This document shows, piece after piece, positions 38,818 through 49,194 of a stretch of DNA of 64,000 nt. A model generated the notes under the pieces. The model was not told the origin of the DNA, ran no database searches, and was given only the letters and a program-made list of their open reading frames with translations. This stretch comes from Eledone cirrhosa (Eukaryota), in contig CAXHJY010001675.1 of NCBI GenBank assembly GCA_964016885.1, positions 19,157 through 83,156 on the forward strand, read 5' to 3'. A program made the position numbers and the translations under genes. The number at the start of each line of letters is the position of its first letter. The stretch's first letter is position 1.

Positions 38818-39523
38818 CTCTAAGCTATCATTTACAATTCTTACTTATTGTCACTTTTTGTGTAGTTCTCCATCACTAGCTTTTTCCTGTTATGACCCAT
38901 CCCTATTCCTGTCCTATTACATTGCTCATGTTATTTTCTACTCAACACCCTTTCAATTACAAAACCTTATATACACATAGAAATTGTACATATTTATTAC
39001 TCTAGATTTGCAGATAATGAATTCTTGAGTACAAAGATCATTTTTATTAATCATTTAGTGTAAAACCTACATTAAAAATTCAATGCTGCTATTTTGTGTT
39101 AGTGACTTTTATATTGAAAGAAACTTGACCCAATAAAGAACAATTTTACTGAAGAATGAGAGAGGGAGATGTTTTAAATAATTAAAATAATTAAAACAAT
39201 AAATAACCCTTGTCCTGTTCTTAAATTACAACCCATGGCTCAACTGGGACAGTCAATATTTCAATTACTTGAATTTATTGATCACATTATCTTGATACAA
39301 ATAAACTGTTTTGTTTTTCTTTTAAAGACAAACATAAAAAATAGGTACAAAACAAAACACAAATACTCAAAATGGAAGACCACCTGCATATGTGAGTATT
39401 ATACTCACACAATCCCTTTCATAACCTGACAGTCAGATGCCCTTTTTCATACCAACCTGATGTTTTTATTATTATTAATAAGGTTTAACCGCTAAGCAGC
39501 AGGTTCTCTGTTTTAGTGGACAC

Positions 39524-39985
39524 CTTGCTTCCCTGGGCTTGGATACATTGAAGCTCCGACGTCTGGCAACTGACTTGGTAAACACCCACAAAATTATTAA
39601 CCATCTCGCCCACAACAACCCTGAGTACCTTTTTGATTTCCATGTGTCTAACACATGTGGACATACTCACAAAGTCAGAAAACAGCACAGCTCCCATGAC
39701 TTTCGGAAACATTTTTTCACGCTCAGAGTTGCTGAAGCATGGAACAAACTACTTGCATCAGTTGTTAGCTGTCGAGACACTGCATCCTTTAAAACCTCCA
39801 TGCTTCCTGAGATTCGCCAACACTACACCTAATGTTCCCTCTCCAAACACACACACACATGTATATCATGACTCATACACAGTTCACTTCCCTGACATTT
39901 GTATATTATTGTATGTACTATACATGCACCTTTGACGAGTTGTAGTGCACCTGAGCACTGTACACAATAATTTCATTATTATTAT
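39524..39985 (+). mobile_element. CR1-type LINE 3' end
   Basis: LKLRRLATDL...HFFTLRVAEAWNKL, 3' UTR, (ATT)n tail. Confidence 0.85.
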
Positions 39986-40624
39986 TATAAGTAAAGTACC
40001 AGTAATACACTGGGTGATTGCTGGCCTTGTGCCAAAAGTAGAAACAATTATTATTATAAACAAATATTACCACCTGTGAATATTCAACATGAAGAGACAA
40101 ACAAACATAGAAACATAGACTTGCATGCATACACACACATACATGCACATGGTTCAGAGGGGAGATTTATCTTTATTATAGGTTTCACATCATGGTTAGA
40201 ACAGGGCAGCAGCTATTAACTACCCAACAGGTAGTTTAAATAATAGATTATTAAGATTTTTGCATAGTTACAATAATTAAAAATCTCTATCATCATCATC
40301 ATCATTAATTTATTTCTTCCGTGGTCTGGATAGTTTGCAGTATGTTTTTTTTTTTCAGTCCTCTTCTCATCTATTAGAGCTCACATTATTCATACAAATG
40401 GTTAGAACTTACAATTATTTTAAAAAGAGAGAGAGAAAGATGAGACCCTACAATTGTCTCAATCCATTATTGACTTAGTGTTCTCAGTTTTTTTTTTAGT
40501 TTTGTATGTTCTTTTATGTTACTAGTAGAACAGTGGCATCAATAATGACTGCAATGGCATTGAATCTAATCAATTTTTTGGAGTCCAGGATTCTTATGTC
40601 ACATAAACCAGCATTAATAGATAT

Positions 40625-41715
40625 ATAATAATAATAATGAAATTATTGTGTACAGTGCTCAGGTGCACTAAAACTCATCAAAGGTGCATGTATAGTACAT
40701 AGAATAATGTACAAATGTCAGGAAAATGAACAGTGTATGAGTCATGATATAATAATGATAACAATAATGAAATATTGTGTACAGTGCCCAGGTGCACCAC
40801 AATTCATCAAAAAAGTGCATGTACAGTACATAGGACAATGCACAAACATCAGTAAAATGAACAGTGCACGAGTCATGATACACACGTGTGCATGTGTATG
40901 GAAGGGGTACATCAGGTGTAGTTTTGGCGTATTTCGGGAAGCATGAGTGTCTTAAAGGATGCAGTGTCTCGGCAGCTAACAATTGACGCAGGCAGTTTGT
41001 TCCATGCTTCAGCAACTCTGAGCGTGAAAAAATGTCTACGAAAGTCATGGGAGCTGTGCTGTTTTCTGATCTTGTAGGCATGTCCACGTGTGTTAGACAC
41101 ATGGAGATCAAAGAGGCGCTCAGGGTTGCAATTGGCGAGATGGTTAAAAACTTTGTGGGTATTCACCAAGTCCATTGCCAGACGTCGGAGCTTCAATGAA
41201 TCCATGCCCAGGGAAGCAAGGCGTTCAGAGTATGGTAGGTGTCTGATGGAGGGTATGCGCTTGGTTGCATGTCTCTGAACAGTTTCCAGGAGGTCAATGT
41301 TCTGAGCAAGATAGGGGTTCCAGACTGATGATGCGAATTCCAAGTGTGGTCGTACCATAGCTGTATACAGTTTTAAATAAATGGCTGGAGAGCGGCTAAC
41401 AAAGGTCTTGCTGAGTGATGCCAAGACACCCTCGGCCTTCTTGACAATCTTAGAGACATGCTTTGTCCAACGCAAATCGTTGCTGACAGTAATGCCCAGG
41501 TCACGTTCACAAGAGGACTTTTTGATATCAGTGTTGTGGAGGGAGTATGTGGACGCTGGATTTTTCCTTCCAAAATGCATGGTGGTACACTTGTCCACAG
41601 CCAGCTTCAGTTGCCAGTCTGTGATCCATTGCTGCATTGTGTCCAGGTCTGATTGTAGGAAAGAGTTGTAAATTTCAGGATCAGTCCTTTTGATTTCAAG
41701 GTACAGCTTGATGTG
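40625..41715 (-). mobile_element. CR1-type LINE, 5'-truncated, with an extra tandem 3' UTR copy
   Basis: LQSDLD..W...WQL, ERDLGI, VRPHLEFASSVWNP, TRGH, FFTLRV..WN.L. The 3' UTR is repeated at 40625-40750. Confidence 0.9.
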
Positions 41716-41818
41716 AACAATCATACAAACTGAAAAATTTGTGATTTGATAAATTACTAATTTGTATAAGAGAAACCCTATAGTTTATGTTGATTACTGA
41801 CATGTAGAAGTGATTTAA

Positions 41819-42029
41819 CCTTTTAGCATTTAAACCGGCCATATCTGGCCAGAATTCTCTCACCTCTTTCTGTTCAAACCAGCCGCTAATACTGATGTTA
41901 AGGTCTTGTTTTCAAATTAAATAATATCAAAATCTCATAGATTCGATTTTATGTGAGATAATCGTGTGAGGTAAAGCCTTTACTGTGAATATATAATAGT
42001 AAATATAGAGTAATGTAAATGCTAAAGGA
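41819..42029. mobile_element. piggyBac-type MITE (same family, inverted)
   Basis: TTAA-CCTTTTAGCATTTA...TAAATGCTAAAGG, internal sequence matches the 1033 copy in reverse. Confidence 0.7.
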
Positions 42030-42944
42030 TTGTGGTAAAAATGCTATTCTAATAATTTATTTATAGGATATAATTAAATAAATGTTCAACATATATATAT
42101 ATAAAAATGACATTAATTGTATGAGTAACTTTGGAGAAATAACTATTTATAGGGATAAATGTAGGGTTAGAACCCTGGACTTTGTGATTGGAAAACAAAC
42201 TCATTTTTGTTGCAGCATGACTAAGACAGGAAATACATCATATTATCGTTGGGATTATACCTTGTCTAAAATGAAAAAAAAAAGATTGGCACCATATTAT
42301 GAATATAATCATAGAATAAGCATGTTTATAGTCATTCTTTATTAACATAATGCCAATGTTTAATATTTTCATGCATTCTTCCTAAATCAATTTTATATGC
42401 ATAATTTGTGCAACCTATGCTTACATGGATAAACAAACGTTAAATGATGATAATGATGATGATGAAAAAACACTACATTTAAGCATATTGATACATTTTA
42501 CATATATTATATATGTTCATAAACATATTTCTTATGGTATAAACACATCCTAGCTTGCGCTCTTTAGAGACCTATCATGTAAAATCCAGGCATGTATTTG
42601 TGTGTGTGTTTGTATATATCTATAAGCAGTTCTGTATGAGCAAGACACAGTGACCTGATCTGACTTGTCTCACAACTCGTCTAACCCATTATACTGCATC
42701 TCATCTAATTTGACGCTTTCTCTAATCAGTTGCGCTAATATTCTCTCTGCCACTTTCATAACCTGATCCATCAGCTTTATGTCCCTATAATTGCTCCTCT
42801 CTAGAGCATCCCCTTAACCAAAGTAGCAATTTATGAGAATACTGCTGTATGTATATATATATATGTATAGATGTATTTTTATTATTATCATTATTATTAT
42901 ATATATATATATGTATGTATGTATATATATATATATATGTGTAT

Positions 42945-43541
42945 GTGCTGGTGCTACTGGTAACATGTATCCCAGTACAACCTGTCTCATGGTCGGGTCG
43001 TTGGCGACTAAACTGGCAACCCCACCAAGGTTTCTTGGTGAGGAGGGTGACTTTGGACATCCTGCAGGACTAAAAACAAAACCTGTCAAACGGCAAAGGA
43101 GTTCTTAAGAGTCAATGGCCATCCAAAATCACCGGGAGAGATGACCCCTTAGCCTTTGTCAAGGCAGAATTCTAGAAGGAAAACTCTGATATAACACCTG
43201 CAACCCTGATGGTATCCAATGATGTTGACTTATTCTTCCCTTTGGTAAATATCATCTTGGTTAAGAGAGTGGGACTGGCTTTGTGCAGTGCCTTTGCTCA
43301 CTATAAAAGCTTCACGGCACAGGCATTGCTTTATATCTGGAGATCTCTCTGCACTTGTCGTCACATGGTACCAAGGGCCCAGCACTATGTGTCAATGATT
43401 GTCACAAGTGTAGTGTTTGTACCAGAGTTTTCAAGTCGCTGGCTGGACTAAAAAGTCACACTCGTTCAGCGCATCGATAGGGGTTCTCCTACATGGATAT
43501 AAAGTAGTGGCCGTACTCGAAAACGAGTTGGCAGCCACCAT
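42945..43541 (+). mobile_element. Internally deleted, non-autonomous derivative of the zinc-finger RTE
   Basis: 43125-43328 is homologous to the 5' UTR at 49240-49468. 43405-43480 encodes [25 protein letters not shown] (TATG)n array follows. Confidence 0.7.
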
Positions 43542-43642
43542 ATGTGTATGTATATATATATGTATGTATGTATGTATATATGTATGTATGTATATATATA
43601 TATGTATGTATATATATATATGTATGTATGTATATATGTATG

Positions 43643-43697
<55 letters not shown>

Positions 43698-43766
43698 GTA
43701 TATATATATATATATATATATATGTATCTATGTATGTATGTATATATATGTATATATATGTATGTA
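43541..43766. repeat. (TATG)n/(TA)n microsatellite
   Basis: Direct reading. Confidence 0.97.
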
Positions 43767-44775
43767 TCATCATCATCATCATCATCAACGTTTAACGTCC
43801 GTGTTCCACGCTTGCATGGGTTTGGACGGGGGTATTCCCACTTGAGGCAAGAGTGATTGTCTTGCTCGCATAGGACTGTCTGGCAGGTTTTCTACAGTTG
43901 GATGCCCTTCCTAACACCAACCACATTTACAGTGTGGGACTGGGAGGTTTTTACCGTGTTGCCTACACGGCCACATTACAGCGTGGACTGTGTGTTTTTG
44001 TCATGACACCTACACGATCTCATTTGTTTCGGCCTGGATGTTGTGGCACCAACATAACTTTACATAGGAGGGGGTGGTGTGGGTGGTGGGACGGGGGTGT
44101 ATTTTGTTAGAGATGCCTACTGGCTGTAGTAGGTTTTACTATGTATTTAGGTAAGGCGGGTCTTCTCTATTACTGAGTACCGCCAAAGGTCTCGGTCCAG
44201 TGACATTGTCTTGGAGAGGTGTAAGTGTGTGAAGTCGGAGTTTATCAGCTCGTCCCAGGATTTTCTAGGTCTGCCTATTCCGTGGCTACCGTCTATCTTT
44301 ATTGCCCTGCACTTTGTTATACAGCTATCGACTTTCATGCGCATCACGTGTCCGTACCAACGTAGCCTTCTCTCGAGTAAACAACATCTGATCCCTCTTA
44401 TTTCTAATTTTTTCCTTAGTTCGTTTATGCTTTGCCGTTCACGTATATTACTATTACACGTCCAGCGGAGCATGCAAGCTTCGTTCCTCTCTAGTCTGCG
44501 TATATCCTCTGCGCACAATGCCCAGGTCTCACTGCCATGCAACATTGCTGTTCATATGCAGGCATCATACAACCTGCCTTTCATTTTTAGGGAGAACCCT
44601 CTAGCGGCTAATAGTGGTATAAGCTCTCTGAACTTTTTCCACCCAGTTCTGACTCTAGCTACTGTACTTTCGGAGCACCCTCCCCCACTGCTGATTTTGT
44701 CACCCAGGTAACGGAAGCTGTCCACTATTTCTATAGAGCCCTCTGCGCAATTGAAAGAGTTAGTATTTTGTGGGC
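43767..44775 (-). mobile_element. RTE LINE 3' portion
   Basis: [36 protein letters not shown], 3' UTR, (GAT)n tail. Confidence 0.9.
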
Positions 44776-44777
44776 AT

Positions 44778-44778
44778 G

Positions 44779-44809
<31 letters not shown>

Positions 44810-45010
44810 GTATATATATGTATGTATATATATATATATATATGTATGTATATATATATATGTATATATATGTATGTATATATATATATATATATGTATG
44901 TATATATATATATGTATATATATGTATGTATATATATATATATATATATGTATGTATATATATGTATATATATGTATGTATATATATATATATATGTATA
45001 TATATGTATG

Positions 45011-45041
<31 letters not shown>

Positions 45042-45046
45042 GTATG

Positions 45047-45077
<31 letters not shown>

Positions 45078-45200
45078 GTATGTATATATATATATGTATG
45101 TATATATATATATATATGTATATATATATGTATGTATATATATATATATGTATATATATATGTATGTATATATATATATATGTATATATATGTATGTATG

Positions 45201-45235
<35 letters not shown>

Positions 45236-45306
45236 GTATGTATATATATATATATGTATATATATGTATGTATGTATATATATATATATGTATATATATA
45301 TGTATG

Positions 45307-45337
<31 letters not shown>

Positions 45338-45342
45338 GTATG

Positions 45343-45377
<35 letters not shown>

Positions 45378-45821
45378 GTATATATATATGTATGTATATA
45401 TATATATATATGTATATGTATGTATGTATATATATATGTATATGTATGTATGTATGTATATATATATATATGTATATGTATGTATGTATATATGTATATA
45501 TATGTATGTATGTATATATGTATATATATGTATGTATGTATATATGTATATATATGTATGTATGTATATATGTATATATATGTATGTATGTATATATGTA
45601 TATATATGTATGTATGTATATATGTATATATATGTATGTATGTATATATGTATATATATGTATGTATGTATATATGTATATATATGTATATATGTATGTA
45701 TGTATATATGTATATATATGTATGTATGTATATATATATATATATATGTATATATATGTATGTATGTATATATATGTATGTATGTATATATATATATATA
45801 TCATTATTCGATGTTCAAAGT
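44778..45821. repeat. About 1-kb (TA)n/(TATG)n array
   Basis: Direct reading. Confidence 0.98.
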
Positions 45822-45929
45822 GAATATTGTTATTATAAAATAAATGTTAACAACTCAATCATGACATTATTCTTTTCAATAAACTACCCTACAAAGAATA
45901 CCACTTATCCACTACATATATATCATCAT

Positions 45930-46095
45930 TAGGGTCGGACGCCATGCTTTCACACATAAAGTTACGGCTCTTGCCATTCTGAGTTCAAATCCCGCCGAGG
46001 TTAACTTTGCCTTTCATCCTTACGGGGTCGATAAAATAAAGTACCAGTAATACACTGGGTAATTGATGGCCTTGTGCCAAAAGTAGAAACAATTA
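45930..46095 (+). mobile_element. SINE, same family
   Basis: GAGTTCAAATCCCGCCGAGGTTAACTTTGCCTTTCATCCTTACGGGGTCGATAAAATAAAGTACCAG plus the shared tail. Confidence 0.75.
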
Positions 46096-46880
46096 TTTTA
46101 ATGTCCTTTTCCTTGTGCCACCAACACAACTACTTTACAGGGTGGACTGGTGCTTTTTGTTGTGTCATCTTTGATAATGGGGCTACCCATATGTTTATTG
46201 TATTGGGTCATTTTTCATCTTCTCTAGCATTTTCTCAGCCATACCTTTTTCTTGGTCTTATCAACTACAGTAAGCTTTTGTTTAGTCTATATTTTGTACA
46301 AGTACTTCTTGATCCTTTTTGACAACCCTACTGCAAGTTTCTATGGAGAGACTCAAGGATCAGCTTCTGCATACCAATTGGTTTGAACTCTGTTCAACAG
46401 ACTCTCAGACCATGTCAATAACTTCCTGTATATGCATCATGGGTTGTCCAGAATAAGTAGGACGATTCTCAGACATTGTATTGAATTTCTCTACTTCTAC
46501 ATAGGTCTCAGACTTCACCCGGTTTATGTATACTGACTTTGAAAGAAGATTGGTCCATTCCAAAAACTACATGAAATTCATCCTGGCCCTGCTTTTATGA
46601 GTCATATTTATAGTAGTGTTTAACACAGAAAACCTGGGGTTGGAGCTCCCATTGGTGTGTTGTTGGCTTCTCAGTCGTTGTATCGGTTATGTCCTAAAAT
46701 TTAAGGTTGATTGGTTGGTTAGAAAATGAATATACAGTGGCATAACGTGTGTTCAGAGCCAACTTTTTTGGGTCCCCTTGTATATATATATATATATGTA
46801 TATTTATGTAAGTGTATCTATGTATCTATGTAGGAATATGTTTACATATCTGTATGCTTATTAAGATATATGTATGAGTG

Positions 46881-46955
<75 letters not shown>

Positions 46956-47033
46956 CGGGTTGAATCGGAGGTAACCACAGTAAGTAAGGTACTCAATACA
47001 TTGCAGAGTATAAAAGTTTTAATATAGATGAGA

Positions 47034-47074
47034 TTCTACAGGACTAGAACTGTTTCATTCTTTAGAAATCATCA
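47034..47074 (-). ncRNA. Type-I hammerhead-like motif, family B (5'-truncated at C3)
   Basis: Minus strand TGATGA-T-TTC(TAAA)GAA-T-GAA-ACAG(TTCTAGTC)CTGT-A-GAA, with a GUA cleavage triplet. Confidence 0.6.
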
Positions 47075-47098
47075 TATATATATATATTTATTAAAATA

Positions 47099-47174
47099 AC
47101 AGATTAAAGTTTAAGCAAAGAATCGCTGCTTTCACCCTTAACGGGATCTTCTGAAACTAACAAAGTCAATCTGT
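47099..47174 (-). ncRNA. Type-I hammerhead-like motif, family A, with extended bulged stem I
   Basis: Minus strand ACAGATTGA-CTTTGTT-AGTTT-CAGAAGA-T-CCC(GTTAA)GGG-T-GAA-AGCAG(CGATTCT)TTGCT-T-AAACT-TTAATCTGT. Confidence 0.65.
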
Positions 47175-48467
47175 AAACGCAGAAGTGGATATTTCAAAAA
47201 ACGTTGCAACCGGAGGAAGACAGGAAGACGATACTTTGGTTCGTGGTAACGTTCCCTGGCGAAGAACGGGAAAAAACGAATAATACGTCATTAATAGGAG
47301 CGGTGAAAAACAATTACGCGCAAAGACAAAACCACGTTTATGGTATAAAAGAGGTCGTAGACTAATGTTCTCTTAGGTGGTGCATAGAGACGTTCTCTGG
47401 CAATGAACGAAAAAACGAAGATAATAAGTCGTATGTGGACCGTGGAGAACAATAGCACGCAAAGACAAAACCACGTAAATGGTATAGCAGAAGTCGTAGA
47501 CTAAAATTCTAACTAGGAGACCAAATAAATCTCCGCTTCAGAGTTAAGAACAAAGTAAATAAATACAATACAGAAGTAATAGAAACAAATAAATACATAC
47601 ACGCAAGCAGATACGTACATACACAAGCATACGCCAAACCTTACCATGGGTATACAAAACCACGCACATATAAATATGTGTGTGTGTGTATGCATGTGTA
47701 CAAATAAATAAATAATTATATAAACGTATATAAGTAAATAAATACGTATATAACAAGCGCACACGCATACCTACATATAAATACACGAATGTTATGTGTG
47801 TGTGTGTGTGTGTATATATGTGTGTGTGTGTGTTTGTGCATATATACATATATTTATGTTTATAGTGCACATATACATGTATATGTGTGTGTGTGTGGAA
47901 GATATTTGATATGGCCACTCTATTACCAGGGCAACTTAATTCCTCACAGTATACTTCTGAATGGTACTTATTACGATTAATAGGGACTGATGATTTTATC
48001 TGATTTATGGCAGTAAATGTACAAATGTGTGAGTGTATATGTAAGAGGTTTTATTTATATAGTATCTGTTTATCTATTCCTTATTATTTTACCCCCACCC
48101 CCACCTCTCTTGCACCCTCTACCCCAACCCACCCCCTACGGTAGTCTAGATATCTCCATGTCCTTTAACCTGTATATTTCTATCTTTTCAATAAAGTTTC
48201 CTGTATGTATATTATACATGTATGTATGTATGTATGTATGTATGTATGTATGTATGTATGTATGTATGTATGTATATATAACAACAGCGGCATCAAAACA
48301 TAAAAAAAAAAAGAAAAGAAAAGGGGAAGGGAAAAAAAACCCCAAAAAACTCAAAATAACAAAACACACACACACAACACAACAACATCAACTGCCACCA
48401 CCACCACCGCCGCTGCCGCCATCACCATCACCAGCGACCGGGCCTTAAGAAAACAACTTTAATAATA

Positions 48468-48935
48468 ATTTTTCTGCTTTTGGCACGGATCCAGCGACTG
48501 GCCAGCGCATCACTGGTACTCTCTTTTGTTGACTCCGTGGGAATGAAGGGCAAGGTTGATCTCGGCGGGATTTGAGCTCAGAGCGTGGAGAGCCATAACT
48601 CTATGCTGTAAAGCAATTATAATAATTGTTTCTAATTTAGGCACAAGGCCAGCAATCACCCAGTGCATTACTGGTACTTTATTGGACTGTAATACGATCG
48701 GCTTCAACTATACAAACTCTTGAAAGTCAACAGTTGACATAATCTTGTAATCTTGTATCAATAATTGTTTCTACTTATGGCACAAGGCCATCAATTACTG
48801 GTACTTTATTTTATCGACCCCGTAAGGATGAAAGGCAAAGTTAACCTCGGCAGGATTTGAACTCAGACCGCAAAGGGACGTAACTATGCTGGAAAGCATG
48901 GCGTCCGACCCTCTACCAATACTGCCAATCCACAA
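48468..48935 (-). mobile_element. Cluster of 2-3 SINE copies/fragments, same family
   Basis: Reverse-complement core and tail at about 48470-48600, 48625-48685 and 48762-48935. Tail-only pieces also near 32280 and 39990. Confidence 0.7.
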
Positions 48936-49014
48936 TGACGGTAATATATATATATATATATGTGTGTGTGTGCGTGTAAGTGAGTAGAGTAATCTTATAT
49001 CAGTAATGACGGTA

Positions 49015-49045
<31 letters not shown>

Positions 49046-49158
49046 CGTGTAAGTGAGTAGAGTAGCTTGTGTGTGTGTTTGTTTGTATGTATGAGTGTTG
49101 CTGTGTGCGCGCATATGTATGCGTGTGTGTGTATGTCGTACGTATAAGTGTCAATAAG

Positions 49159-49191
<33 letters not shown>

Positions 49192-49194
<3 letters not shown>

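Noticed and set aside
46130-46740. Downstream PAIP1 exons or a transposase in this unique-looking stretch
   Set aside because: No recognisable motif or suitably sized exon found by eye.
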